Source: Chara braunii
Taxonomy: Eukaryota; Plantae; Charophyceae
Direction of reading: 5' to 3'
Assembly (NCBI GenBank): GCA_003427395.1
Contig: BFEA01000029.1
Coordinates: forward strand, 609,447 to 671,799
DNA length: 62,353 nt
A program made the position numbers and the translations under genes. The notes below the pieces were generated by a model that saw only the letters and a program-made list of their open reading frames with translations, did no database searches and was not told where the DNA came from. This document shows, piece by piece, positions 34,707-48,000 of the stretch (positions are counted from its first letter, which is position 1; every line of letters starts with the position of its first letter).

Positions 34707-35044
34707 ATCGGTACATTGACTTGCTTGATACGATAGGAGAGAGAGGGAGCGTGAGAAGATTGCCAGAAGGTGGGGATGTCAGACGGGAGGCCAAAGAGAG
34801 AAAGGCGGCGGCGGCTCATCGGGGCTGCACGAAGGGACGAAGCTCCGGCAACACGATCGGTAGCGAATCGCTGGAAGAGCAAAGCTGCAGATCGATGTCG
34901 TGCGAGGGCACGACCGTATCCCCGCGCTGAGCGAGGAGCGTTGTCCACGCAGTCTGAATCTCTTCACCCCAAGTGCACAAGGTCCAAAAGATGTCGGGAT
35001 GGGTCGCCGATGATACTGCTGTAATATCCCCGATGAAAACGACG

Positions 35045-35316
35045 ATGACCCTCCACTTCATATCAATCAATCAATCAATCAAAAGAAGAAAAAGAAAAAA
35101 AAAAAAAAAAGACGGCGCGCGTTTGTGTGTATGTGTGTGTGTGTGTGTNNNNNNNNNNNNNNNNNNNNNNNNNNNNNNNNNNNNNNNNNNNNNNNNNNNN
35201 NNNNNNNNNNNNNNNNNNNNNNNNNNNNNNNNNNNNNNNNNNNNNNNNNNNNNNNNNNNNNNNNNNNNNNNNNNNNNNNNNNNNNNNNNNNNNNNNNNNN
35301 NNNNNNNNNNNNNNNN

Positions 35317-35410
<94 letters not shown>

Positions 35411-35705
35411 GGTGTGTGTGTGTTCGCGGGGGGGAGGCAATCCCCCCCACTTCATATCAATCAATCAATCATAAGAAAAGAAAAAGAGAAAAAAAAAAGA
35501 AACAGAAAAACTCTGAAAAAGAAAAGGAAAAAAAAGGCGGCGCACGTTTGTGTGTATGTGTGTCTGTGTGTGTTGTCATACTCGCTATACACTCAAAAAA
35601 AGCATGACTGTATGTGTGTGTGTGTACTCGCGGGGGGGGAGGCGACCCCCCCACCCACCTCGTGTCAATCAATCAATCAATCAATCAAGCAAGCAAGCAA
35701 GCAAC

Positions 35706-35739
<34 letters not shown>

Positions 35740-35758
35740 TTCAATCAATCATTCAATC

Positions 35759-35808
<50 letters not shown>

Positions 35809-36020
35809 CCAATTACTCAATCAGTCATTTTTTTTTTCCACCCTCGGGACCAAAAAAAAAAAAAAAATCTTTTTTTTTTTCTTTTTCTTTTTCCAATGGG
35901 GGTGTACCCCCTGACACCCGACCCCCCGCCAGCCCATCCACCCCCTCAACACCCCCCCGGAAGGCGACGTACGGAGGGCCCAAAGTCCATACGTACGGGC
36001 CGTATTCGTACGGGCGTATT
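35045..36020 (-). mobile_element. Truncated copy of the hAT-like (GATT)n/(CA)n element nested in element A
   Basis: 35890-36015 is reverse-complement similar to 20290-20415 and 15770-15855. Confidence 0.75.
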
Positions 36021-36268
36021 CACTGCGGTGATGTGACTGATCCCAGGAGGGGACAGGCGTTGAAAGTTCGAAATCTCGGCCAGGACACGTGTCGCTGCCG
36101 CTTGAGTAAACCGGAATTCCGCTGCCGCGTGGATTGTCGTCGTGCTGAAGAATGCCGCAAATCGAAGGAGATCGGCACTGCGGTGTGGCCGCTGCACTTG
36201 CCGGATTGTACTGATGCCCCCTCTCGGGGTTAGCAATTGCGCACGAATCACCTACTATGTTGAAAAGC

Positions 36269-37454
36269 TCATGGCGATGGTGATGGGGACGAAGTATCTG
36301 GGAGAGAGCGAGACAGAGAAGGAGAAGCGGGCGATAAGCACTCGTCGTCCTCTTCCGCGGCGGAGGAGGAGACAGACGAAGGTGGAGATGGAGAGGATGG
36401 GAGAGGCCGTAGATAAGACATGTGGCGAGTGATCGGTCGAGCTGATCGGCTGCCCAAGACCTCAGACACAAGCCGCACGATGTTCACGCCGTTCGGTCTG
36501 AGCTCGACTAAGTGAAATCGCTCGAAGAATCGTGGCACTAGCTTACCCTGGCGAGCACATTTCCTTACCTGCACGATATCCCCTAATTTGTATTGGGGCC
36601 GTGGGCCGGCATTCCCATTTCGGGCTTCGTAGCTACGGACCTGTCGGCCTTGGGCCAACTCGGTCATCCTTTGGTGTTTTCGGGCTAATCGGGGAAGGGA
36701 CCGTTCCATCAGCTCCGGGTGCCGCTTGGCCTTGTCTCGAACCGTGGCCCTCGTGGGTCGCCGGTTCAACTAAGATTCATCTGGGAGGCTCGGTATTGAA
36801 ACGCAAGCCACACTATTGGTCTGTAATTGAAAGGGGCTCAGGCCTGTCGATTCATGGAGCGTTCCTCAATGGACCGCCAGGATGTGATCCATGATATCGG
36901 GCCAGGGCCTTGGATCCCGTGCTGTGATATTTCGTCGCAGTGCAGTCTTAATCACCCTATTCGCCGTGTATGACCAGGTTCCTCAAAACTTCCCCTCTGA
37001 ATTCTACCCCATTATCGGTCAGAATCTCCTCTGTGTCTTGATGCATTCCTAGAAAACGGTTGATGTACCGCGCGATTTCAGCCACCTGCCGCGTACCACA
37101 TGGGTATGCCTCTATCCACTTCGAAAAATTATCTACGAATACCAGTAAGATTGAATATTCACTGCTATTAGGTCCAGGGGGCACCACAATATCAGTCGTA
37201 TCCATGCTAACCCTCTGAAACGGTCGTTCAACTACCGTCGGCACTATTGATCGTGGCGGCTAAATCGGCGCCTTGTCAGTAGCGCAGACCTGACAATTCT
37301 GGACGATGAATTTCACATCGTCGAGATTATTGGACCAATACCACTCATTTTTGTCGATTGCCGCTTCCGTGATCCGGACGGCAAAATGGGCTGTAGTTTC
37401 CTTGTGTGCCGTCTTAACCCAGTCATACCTCATGAACAGGTGCGACACTACCAT
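36269..37454 (-). pseudogene. pol: Integrase (H2C2 zinc finger, rve core, GPY/F-like C-terminus), disrupted
   Basis: AHKETTAHF..WYWSNNLDDVKFIVQNCQVC; PFQRVSMD..VDNFSKWIEAYP..ILTDNGVEF; YKLGDIVQVR..GKLVPRF. Confidence 0.9.
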
Positions 37455-37694
37455 CCAAATCCCACTACCATCCGTTTTTCGTTTTTCTAACCGACCCTCG
37501 TTTCAGCGATAGTCCCGAGCCCTTTCATTGGCCCTCCTCCGGTCCTCCTTAGCGAAGTCCTGGAGGGGGTTACCTACTAAGGTGGCGATTAACGCAATAT
37601 CCATCCATACCTCGACCCTTCTAAACCTCCGGGTCTTTTCTAACCCTTCGGACGTGGCGTCAAGAAATCGAGCCTCGGTCGGGATCTTATCAAT

Positions 37695-37878
37695 TCGACA
37701 CAAGGGGCACAACCACAACTTATCGTCATTTCTGTACTGAATGCACGAGCTATGGGCTCGTGCGACACACTGCCAACAATCTACCCATCGGGCCATTCCG
37801 CATATCCTTCCCCAGTATGATGCATAGGGACGGAATAAACGCGTGAAATTTCTTTGCAAAAATAGCAAAATTTGTCAG
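37695..37878 (-). pseudogene. PHD finger (C4HC3) within pol, frameshifted
   Basis: FCYFCKE... in one frame, then WVDCWQCVARAHSSC..WLCPLC in the adjacent frame. Confidence 0.75.
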
Positions 37879-37937
37879 GGAGAGAGAGAAGGGACGAAGG
37901 GGAGAGGGGAGAGAGAGATGTCGTGGGATTACTTTCG

Positions 37938-39400
37938 TCACCCATTGCCACGTGCCTGCTTCTTGCAACGTGGGACAACTGCCAGTTGTTCGTATTTGGG
38001 CCCGTTCGCTGGTTCCGGTTCCTTCCACGGAAGGATTTCTTCTTCTTTAGGTACTTTAGCTGGTTGATGCAGACGTGTTTGTCCGTCCCCGTTGCCGTGC
38101 CTCTCTGTCTTTCGATGGATGATGTCGAAATCGTACTCCTGTAGGCGCACCGCCCATCGCCCAATCATACCCGTGTAATTAGTGAGTCTCTTCAACGCTA
38201 ACAACGGCTCGTGATCAGTCACCAGAAGAAACTTATGTTCGTATAGATACGGATGGAAGTGCTGGATTCCCCAGACCATGGTGTAACATTCGCCTTGTAA
38301 GGCCGAATCATTTCTCCGCTCATCTGACACCTTGCGTGATGCGTATTTGATGACGTGTTCACAATCGTCGCTCCTCTTTTGCGCTAAAATGGCGGAAATG
38401 GCCTCCGACTGCCAGTCCGTGATGAGAATGAACTTCTTTGTAGGGCCCGCCCAGATCAAAATGGGTGTTGTAGCCAGGGCGTCCTTGAGGGTGGCGAAGG
38501 CCTGCTCGCACTCGGCGTTCCAACTGAGAGGCTGGTCCTTTCGCAGCAGGTTCGTCAGGGGCCTTGCTATCGTGGCAAAGCCCTTGATGAAATTACGATA
38601 GTACGACACCAGTCCCAAGAAGGCTCGAACCTGCATCAGCGATGTAGGAACGGGGGCATCTTTCACCGCCGCGACTTTTTTCGAACCTGGCCGCAGTCCT
38701 CCTCGTGTCACCACGTAGCCTAGGCACGAGATCTCCGAGAGGAAGAACTCGCTCATTTCGAGCGCAATCTTGAACCCAACTTCTCTCAGAGCTCTCAGCA
38801 TCCACTCGATATGTTGTGCATGTCCGTGATAGGTTTCCGAGTAGACCAGGATGTCGTCTATGTATATGATGACGCAAAAGTTGATCATTCCCTGAGTTAG
38901 CCGCGTCTTGTTGATGAAGTTCTGAAAGGTTACGTTCATGGCCCGCTGAAACGTGGCAGGTGCGTTGCAAATCCCCATAGGACACCGAACCCACTGCCAC
39001 ATGCCTTCAAACAATACAAAGGCCGTTTTCGGTCGATCCTCCTCCTTAACCATAATATGATGGAAGTCGTGACAAATATTAAACTACTTAAATAATTAGC
39101 ACACCCAATCGCATCGAGCAAATCATCAATCCTGGGAAGGGGATACACATCTTTGGTCGTGACATCATTCAATTTCCGGTAATCGATGCAAAAAACGAAT
39201 CGGCCCATTCTTCTTTGGTACAAATACTACCGGGAATGACCATGGTCCAGTGGCGGGTTCGATCCAACCATTAGCTTCGAACTCCCGAATCCGTTGAAGG
39301 GCTGTCTTTCGTTCTACCAGGGAATATCTGTAGGGCTTACAGTGAATCGGGGGATGGTTTCCAGTCTGAATCTCATGCTGTATGACCACGACAGTCCGAT
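37938..39400 (-). pseudogene. pol: Reverse transcriptase and RNase H, frameshifted
   Basis: PWSFPVVFVPKK; CIDYRKLN..YPLPRIDDLLD; KTAF..PMGICNAPATFQR; YIDDILVYS; FILITDW..FLLVTDHEPL. Confidence 0.95.
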
Positions 39401-39828
39401 ATCCGTGTCCGTCACTTCAGAATGTCTGCGATCAGGTGATGAATTTCATCGGGTATGTAATGGGGCACGTGTACCTCATACGATTGATACCATATCCGTA
39501 CATCGATCTGTTTCGTATTCCCTCGCTTAGCAGTTTCAGGCGGGGGTGCAGAAATCAACGAGTTATCTGATCGCCAAGAGAATACCGTGGCCATCATTTG
39601 TGCATCCTGCTCTCGAATGGCCACGTGTTCTTCCGAGGTCACTCCGTCGCGAATATCTTGCCATGACACGAGCTTCGTTGCGATTTTGATCCCGAGTCCG
39701 ATTTCAAGGCGCTCAGGGGGTTCCGAAGAGTTGGCCTCCGCCTCTAAGTGTAGCAATCGTATCTCTTTCGCAAGTGGCAAAAGCGATCATGGAAGACTCG
39801 TGATGTAGCAGAAGTGTCTTTTGTCATC

Positions 39829-40572
39829 CTATCGTGCGAGGAGAGGGGAGATTCCTTCGTACAGGGTTCGAGGGGGTTCCAAAGAATCGACCATCCTTGA
39901 TATCTGCATGAGAGGTTCGCCCAGAATCATTGTCTGTGTCCTCTGCAAGTCTCGATCAGTCAGGTTCAGAGGTTTTGCGTTCGTTCGTTGTGCAGGGTAA
40001 CAAATCCGTTGTCGCGCCAGCCCCAAAATTACCGCGCCATCTTCGTCACTGCTGTCCGTATCTTCTAATGATTGCTCATCGCCCGCGTAGTTTTCCCGGG
40101 TGATCACACAGAGAGTTCCCGCCATTACCTGAGAGACCTGCGGGGTTGTGTTAACGGTAGCTCGGAGAGTCAGTCTCGTAGGTATGGCGTAGGGTTTCCC
40201 TCCCGTATTTCGGAGGATAATCGATCGTTTCTCGAAATCAAGATTGGCTCGCAATGCCATAAGAACGGGCAGTCCTAAAAGAACATCGCAACTGTTTACG
40301 TCCAACACTACGACATCTCTCAAAGCGTGCACCTTCCCTAATCGAAACGCCACATTGGTCATTCGCCCTACTGTTTTGATCTTCTCTTCGTCTACCGAAA
40401 CGAGCTGCTCTTTTTTCGTAAGCATAATTAGGTCATTTCTTCCCGCTCTTTCAACTACTCGTAGCGAAATGGCTAAAACGGCAGTTCCAGAATCAATGAT
40501 AGCATTGTACGGAACACCCCATACTTCGATGTCACATTCCGCAGATTTCCACAGAATAGCCTTAATCCACAA
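39829..40572 (-). pseudogene. pol: Aspartic protease region
   Basis: AIIDSGTAVLAIS and DVLLGLP motifs. Confidence 0.85.
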
Positions 40573-41099
40573 AAAATTATCATCTTTCTAGATCAAGCCT
40601 AAGCGTATTGGGTCCGATGAACCAGCAACACGTTCGTCCTGATCTGGACTTTTTCCTTTCGTGTTTGCTATTCGAGTAAGGACGAATCGTTTCCGATTTG
40701 CCTTGCAGTGTTGTAGCATACGTTTATTGGCCTGTTCCGATATTGATAATAGATGACCGATCGGGAGAGGGATCTGATGATCTAGCGCCCGAACGATGTT
40801 CAAAACATCTATTTCCCCGGTGACAAAGTTGGGTCCTCCCGACTCCATCTCCCCTCAAGAAGGTCGCTACTCTGCCACTTTTTTTTGCTCTTGGGCAGGC
40901 CTGATTGTTTCGATCATCCTCAATCCTGGGTAGCCAAGAGGTACTTATCCAACGGAATAAGCTCGCCGACTTCTTCCATCGTAGCTACGGTACTTCCACC
41001 CCCTTCCATTTCTTCCATCAGTGCCCCTACTCGTCCAGGACCGTTAGTGATCTGGGATGCTGCTACCGGTGCGGCTCCGAGTCCGATTCGTGGCTGAGG

Positions 41100-42135
41100 A
41101 GGTCGATGGGGGCAATCTCAGGCTATGTGCCCCGGTTGATGACATGTGTAACAGACGTTCAGATTGCCAGGAACCCCTGCGGGAGGGGGTGCCGGAGCCA
41201 GCCCGTGTTAGATCGGGGCGACACGTACCGCTATTGGTCGCATTGACCTCATCATCGTCTCTATTCGAGCATTGTGTTCCCGCTGTTCCTTTTTGCTTTC
41301 CTGAATCAGATTGACCAGTGTTTTGGTTAGTTCCGATAACGCGGAAGATTCATTCGGTCGTGCGGGACTTTCGATCGGAGATGGGGGTGTCGTCATTACG
41401 GGAACAGGCATGCCTGTAATCACATTCGGGATTGGTCGTTTGGGGCTATCTGTTCCAGATAGGTGACAGGGCCAGACACAAACCCCATGTTTTCAAATTT
41501 ATTCAGTAGTGCGGCCAACTCAGCTTTAGCTCTCGCTAGGTCGGACGAGTCTCCTGACTCTCCTTCCCTAGGATAATCTTTTCCTTCTAGGAAACTTGCG
41601 GCGAATTTTCATTCCATTTCTTCTGCGACTGCCATGATCTGATGCAGCGTATGATTGATGGGGGGAACTGTTTTCGCAGTTTTGCCCTCATCGTTCTGCT
41701 GCGAAGCCCATCGATGAACAAATCTCGTCCTACCTGTTCTCCTCTTTCGGTTCTTACAAACATTCGGTAGAATCAGTTTCGGAACTCGGTGACAGACTCG
41801 AGGGGGTTTTGGACTCGGTCTTTAATCATGAAAAGAGCTTGTTCCGGATGAATATAATCAAATCGGTTCAAAAAATCACACTCAAATGTCGGGAGGTCAA
41901 CCCATACATAGGTGTTGAACCAATGATGAGCAGGAAGGTTTACCTGTGCCTCGTTGTCATCGTACTGCTGAGCTCGGAGCGTGGCCAACCATGCTCCAAC
42001 AAGGTGATGAGCAGGATCGAACAGATAAAGGTCGGGTGGGGTCATGGGTGTCCGTGCTTGTGGTGCAGGTTGATTAGGATTCAGCTGCTGATTGGGGTTT
42101 TGTTGGGGGTTTGGGTTCTGCTGATTAGCATTCAT
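41100..42135 (-). pseudogene. gag: Gag with a CCHC zinc knuckle, disrupted
   Basis: ATG at 42135; Q..ESVTEF..F...LFIDGL capsid-like motif; CY(frameshift)CHQPGHIA*DCP at ~41155-41108. Confidence 0.8.
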
Positions 42136-42281
42136 GTTGACCGCTCGTCGAGCTGCAGACCGGCTTCTTGTGACGACGGGGTCCGGTCGATGCGCGTTCC
42201 GAGGTCGGGGTCGCCCTCTGTTAGCCAGATCGCTTCGATCTTCGTTATCGCCCTACGAATCCTAAAACCTTGCCACGTGTC

Positions 42282-42294
42282 GGCTCCGATACCA
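42282..42294 (-). other. Primer-binding site for initiator tRNA-Met
   Basis: TGGTATCGGAGCC vs the usual TGGTATCAGAGCC; the A>G change allows a G:U wobble. Confidence 0.9.
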
Positions 42295-44760
42295 ACCTCA
42301 CGCCCGACGCGACTTCCTGATCGAAGTGGGATGTGGGTCTCGAAGTGCGAAACGGGGTGTGCCAAGGATTTTTGGGAAAGTGGGGGTGGAGTCCCAGGTC
42401 AGAACTGAAATCTTATGTGACAAGGTTTCAGGGGCATAGGTGCAATAAGGCTAAGAGACGATTTACTTTCGGTCCGATGGCGGGTGATGTCGTGCAGCAT
42501 AAGGCAGATGGTATGCGCGGTGCATCCTGGGTCGCCCGATCCGTCTGTTTAGCGACGACGGTTCGGGAGAGGCCTATTCCTGAGGGTTGAGATTCTTGTG
42601 AGTTGGACCTCCGGGTGCGGATGCGTGGCGTTTGACGTCGCGCGTTATGGTTAGGCTCCGTAATTCCAGAGGCTCGGCGGTTGCCGCGTCGTATGCAATT
42701 TCTGCATGGTGTGTGGGGCCAATACGGGGCTATGGAGTTCCACGGAACCACCGTAAGCTAGTGGTATGGGAGGAGGATGTGGAAGGGAGGGAAATTGGTA
42801 GCGATAACGACGAAGTCGGGGGATATGAAGTATTGCGTGTTATACGTAGTTGGGTAATCGGGGCACCTCGGGTCGCTGGTTACGGCGCAGTGAAACTCCC
42901 TAGCGCACAGTCGGTTCTCGGTTAAACAGGGAAATTCCGGGTATCTCCACCTAAGATATTTTTCCTCCCAGTGCTCCAAGTATTCCTGGTCCGTGATGTA
43001 CGACATCTTGTCATTCTGGCGTACGTGTCTCATTGTGCTTAGATAGACAAGGGAATTTTCCGAGTATGGTGGTGGAAATTCCTATCGGCCCAAATCCTCA
43101 GAAAACGTAAACTTCACACTTATTCTGGTGTTGGAGGTGCCGCATTCGTCAGTGGTCGCGAATCGCCTGCGTGTGGACACGTGTCGGCCGCGCGGATCAG
43201 ATCACGCTTACACGTGTGCACGCGAGGTGCTCCGTTGTACAAAGGCCTGTTGGCTGATTCTTGTGCAAGAGTAAGAGTTCAATCCTACATGCAAAATTTC
43301 TATGTGGCACAGACAACCACCCAATCATCTAATCATTCAGTAACCTCACAGTCAGCAAATACTCCCGTCATGCAAAGTGACATCGCACCATACATTCGAC
43401 ATCGCAACAACATCAACCTCTGTCATTAGCCATTCATCGCAAGCTAGGGTGAACAGAAAGAGACTCTTAGACAACAAGCACGTCATTCAACCATCCCTTG
43501 TGCAGAACCCATCCATCAAGGAGTAGATCAAAACCAAGGAGGAGCGCCAATCAAGGGCGAAAACAAGGAAAGATGCCAAATCGAAAAATAAGGGCAGATC
43601 GCCCGAAACCGAAATCAAAACTTATGTACAAGGTTTGAGAAAGACAAAGAAAATTACAGCTCCACGTCCATCCACCTCAACTCTCTCTCTCTTTCTCTCT
43701 CTCCGATGCGGACAGTCCGTCGTCACGCACCAACCCACGAAGTTGTCACCCCGCTTAGTCCTCCTGTGCCCGTCGGATTCGCCCACGCGCTACAGTCCGT
43801 CGTAGCCCCATGCGTCAATCCCGCACATTCGGCACCAGCTCATCGGGTCGCCCAACTCCCACTTCAACTCACCTCTTACTTCGCTCGTGAGCCGACCCTC
43901 ACTGATCGCGCTACCCTGAGCTTCCAGCAACTGTTTAAGAGAGCTATCTAATCGCACANCCGGAATTTATAGCGTGCATGCATGCGCGAAGAACACGGAA
44001 TTGCAAGGACTTAGGAAGAGAGAAGGATAGGGATTGCCTACGTTCTGCATGGCCAGANCGCGGCGTGGGGGACGTAGCCACTCTCCACGCATCNATCCGA
44101 TCATNCAGCCCGAGGGCTGACTAGACACATCAAAACGAAAAGAGAGGGCGGGAAAGACGAAGCTCAAGAAGAAGGATACAGTTACAATGGCGCCTGCCCA
44201 AAAATTACAGTTACACACAAGATTAAGGGCGCCGATTAATCAGAGCTCCGTTGCAGCCGCAAAAAGAAGCGCGCAAGTAAAAGCAGCGCGCGGCAAAAGA
44301 AATCCTAAATTCCTAAATTCCTAAATTCCTAACTAATGCAAAAAGAACTTCAATAAAGCGCAAATTCTGAAAAGAAAGTCCGATATTCCAAGAGCCGTCA
44401 AGGCTCGACAACATTCGAAAAGGAATTTAAAAAGATAATTCAAAAAGAACAAAGCAAAACTTCCCGCGCGATCTCCGCGCCGAAAACCCAACAGCAGAAC
44501 CAAAAAAAAAGAAGCGACGTCAACCATTATCAATCGTGCGTGTGGCGGCGCGCCAGCCACTCAATGGACCATCCCGGGACTCGCCCGGCTCTGAACCCAG
44601 CCATCCAAAAAGAAGCGCCGCAAAAAGACGAAGAAGCGAGGACACCGATGCAATTTTCCCTTCGGTCCCCATCTCCCGTAATTGGCCCAACCTTCCCATC
44701 TTAGGACCCCTCATTGTCACCGCGCAGAAGATCGCGAGGAACAGAAATTGGTTCGTCACA
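42295..44760 (-). repeat. 5' LTR of element A (lacks the terminal TGGG(C/T)GTCACA)
   Basis: Starts TGTGACGAACC and ends ...GGGCGTGAGGT directly at the PBS. Its LTR-ORF copy (ATG at 43033) has a GAG>TAG stop at 42758-42760. Confidence 0.95.
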
Positions 44761-45319
44761 TAGCTGCAAACCTTAGAAGGAACGGTCCCAGTACGGAGGT
44801 CGGAGACAGACCTTTTGAAGTACCAGCCCTCCACCATGATAGGCAGGTCGGCGGTCCATGCCTCTGCTCTAACCAGTGGTACAGCGGCATAGGGCAAGCG
44901 CCACTGGTGGTTTTTTTTTCCCCCTTAAAAAAGCCCAGGTTGTTGTAGAGGTGGCATAATAGACGGATGGCAGTCACCCACAGTACTCAGCCACTCGGTT
45001 GTCCAGATGAACCCCTCTGAAGACCCCACCCACCCTTCCTCTAATCGTTTTCCCCTGGCGCACCCCCAACCCGCCTGTCCTACGCTAGTGTTAACCACCC
45101 AGGACCATCACCCATTGCCATCTTGGCGAGGTGACCTGACCAGACAGCGGTTGCAGGTACCGGGGCTAAGCAGAGATGCCTACCCCCTGCTCAGCCCCGG
45201 CTGAAGCAGACGCCGTGCAAGCCTGATTGCACGGGGACTTCGAGAGCTAGGTATGAACATGCTACTACAGGTCTTTATGAGCGTGCACAGTGACTCCCAT
45301 CTAGCTTAGTTGTGTGGCG

Positions 45320-45700
45320 ATGATAGAGAGCTGGGTATCCTCCGTTCCCTCGTATGTCCCTGGAGTCCGTTCCGGCCATGACACCCCCGACATCCCATAC
45401 TAAGGAACTGCTATGCCAGCCTCAACCCTATGCTACGTACTAGGAGGATAGTCAACCCTAGGTCACGAGTTATGAACTGAGTTTCTTATCCTTATGTTGT
45501 CTTTACTACAGTGTTCTATGGTGTTGATGGTAGAGAGATGGGGATCCTCCATTCCCTCCTATATCCCTGGAGCCCGTTCCGCCCCCCTGGTAAGGTGCAG
45601 TATCTCCTGACACCCCTGACATCCGTACTAAGGACTGCTATGCCAGCCTCAACTCTAAGGTACGTACTAGGAGGATAGCCCATCCTCAATCATGAATCAT
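45320..45700. repeat. Direct duplication with ~210-230 bp period
   Basis: 45324-45455 is similar to 45531-45682. Confidence 0.7.
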
Positions 45701-45983
45701 GGACTGCAATACGGAGACCATGAGCATGGTGTTGCCCGGGCCCATGCACACCCACGAAAAAGGAAAGAAGTAAAACTTTAAGGTGCTTTATAGCAGTGTC
45801 CTCACTCCAAATTGTTTATCTGGGATACTTCAACATACTTTCAGCCATGAAATGCATCATGATCCCAGCTTGATTCAAAGAAGATGCAGTAGAGATGGGT
45901 TGGAGTTTTTTGTTGTTTTGTTTTTCTGTTTTTTTTTTTCCTTTTTTAAAAGATGGGTTGAAGTTATGATGGGCCTGAACTAA

Positions 45984-46224
45984 GGGCGTCGCTCCACTAC
46001 TCTCCACATGCACAAGAGACAAGAATCATGGTGGTGCATCTTTCCATGTTCTACCGTAACATTCACTCTCGTTTTGTTCATTTCGAGAGTCACTGTAGGC
46101 CTCACTCCACTACAGTAACTCTCGAAATGTGCAAAACGAGAGTGAATGTTACAGTAGAACATGGAAAGATGCACCACCATGATTTTTGTCTTTTGTGCAT
46201 GTCGAGAGGAGTGCAGCGAGGGCC
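45984..46224. mobile_element. Tourist-like (PIF/Harbinger) MITE, almost fully palindromic
   Basis: taa|gggcgtcgctccac...gtgcagcgagggcc|taa, with ~110-bp inverted arms. Confidence 0.85.
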
Positions 46225-47087
46225 TAAGTCTGACTCCAGAGGCACCATTAGAAGCTGGCATGGGAGATCAGCTGCATGATTGCAACTGGGCCAAAGCTCC
46301 ATTTCCAGGGCCATCCCGCGGTTTGAGCTACAATGTGTTGCGGTCCTGGCATGTGCCTGCTGTTGCTGATCTATGCGCGCATTTGTCACTGTTCAAGCTC
46401 AGCTCTGTGAGAAAATGGGTGTCTGACATATTGCCTTTCTTCTTTAGGATAAAGATATTATCACCAAACTGACAGCTACCCCTAGGTTAATTCATGAGTT
46501 GCTATTATTGCTGTAACAGTTGTGAGTTGGTGATCCTGCCACGGGTTTTACCATCCCATGTACCCCTAGGAGAGGCCTGAAAGCAGTATTAATTGATCAT
46601 TTTGTTAACGGGATTGGGGTCGGCTATCCCTTGAAAACCCTGAACGTCTTAGGCGGAGCGCGGACACCCAACCACCTTGCTTACTCAGAAAACATTCCAG
46701 GGTTATCGTAGGATAGGGTAGGGCAGGGAGGGAAGGGCATGGATGGGAAGGGGGGGCCTAGCATACATGTCATGTGGGTCCCTATGACACTTTTTTGTTA
46801 TCTGTTTTTCCCCAGGTTAAAGCCCTGGACTTCTGGCAGACAAACGATCTTGATCCCTAAGCTAGGTTGAACAAATTATGGCTGCCTTCTGAAGCATGTG
46901 GTCGCAACAGCCACAACAGTCTCCACTGGCAAAACTTTGCAATGTCAGGGAGTTGCTGACAGGCTGAGGGGCTGGGGTTTGTGAGGGCTCAAGGGGGGCT
47001 TGGGAGGTACATAGGGGGGGGGAAGTGTACATCATATTTCCATGCCATCTAGCCACATGCTAGACCCAAGACATGGGGTTCTGAATA

Positions 47088-48000
47088 GTGTGGCAGGTTG
47101 TTGAGAGGGATGACCTCACTGGGATTTGTAGAAAGAAGTGCATGTTCAGGAACCTGGACGGTGGGTGGTGTCAAGTGCATGCCAATCAAAAACCACACCA
47201 TTCTCCAGTGGGTGGGCCCGCCGAAGTTGAGAGTCAGTGCTGTCGAAAAAAAAAGAGAGAGTCAGTGCTGTCGCTCACTGTGCAAACAAACAGGGCAAAA
47301 AGGCCGAGGCAAATCCTACAACCGACAGGTTTATTGCAATCATTCACTTGTAAAATGGCTCATGCTGACAGGCGTGACAGAGGATTCCATGTTCTCTACT
47401 TTCAAAACAGAAGGAAAAAACGTACTCCGATTTGAAGAGCAAAAAATAAGAAAAGTAGACCCAATGGTTCCGGGGCTTAGCTTTGGATCTCGCTGCACTA
47501 CTCTACTTTGCACAAATTCGGACAGTTATTCATCGCTGCATGAACTCTCCTATAGAACCCCAAAAGAAATTCGGAGAGCTGTCAGAAACCACAAAAGAAT
47601 TGCACTCTCCGCCGTCGGATAGTGCCCAGCCTGCAAAATCCGTTACGGGGAGAGACCTTCGAAGGAACCACCGATTTGCTCCAAATCTGGAGAGTGAACC
47701 TTGAGTCTGGGCAGACAAACGGGGACTTTGAGCTTTGTAGAGTCTGAGTTTGTGGGAAATCGGAGAGTCTGACAACTCTCCGCGCACTCTCCGATTTCCC
47801 AGAGAGTGGAGAGTAGTGCAGCAAGACCCTTTGACACACTATTTCATGGAGCTTTGGCATTGTGCACGTATGGTGCCAAGTGGATTTGAGTCGAGTTCAG
47901 TGACTACTGTATCAGCTGCCTGGTTTGACAGGTTACCTAAGGATGACACGAAGTTGCCGACTATCATTGCAGGACATCTGTACACTGTAGACAGCATACT
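47088..48000 (+). pseudogene. Possible hAT transposase remnant (BED-like and DUF659-like fragments)
   Basis: Weak resemblance only: VWQVVERD..KKCMF, and YFMELWHCARMVPSGFESSS..WFD. Heavily frameshifted. Confidence 0.25.

Larger units (their letters stand above)
30595..44760 (-). mobile_element. Full-length degenerate Ty3/Gypsy LTR retrotransposon (element A)
   Basis: Two ~2.47-kb direct repeats, tRNA-Met PBS, and gag-PR-RT-RH-INT order. Candidate 4-bp TSD tagc at 30591-30594 and 44761-44764. Confidence 0.95.
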
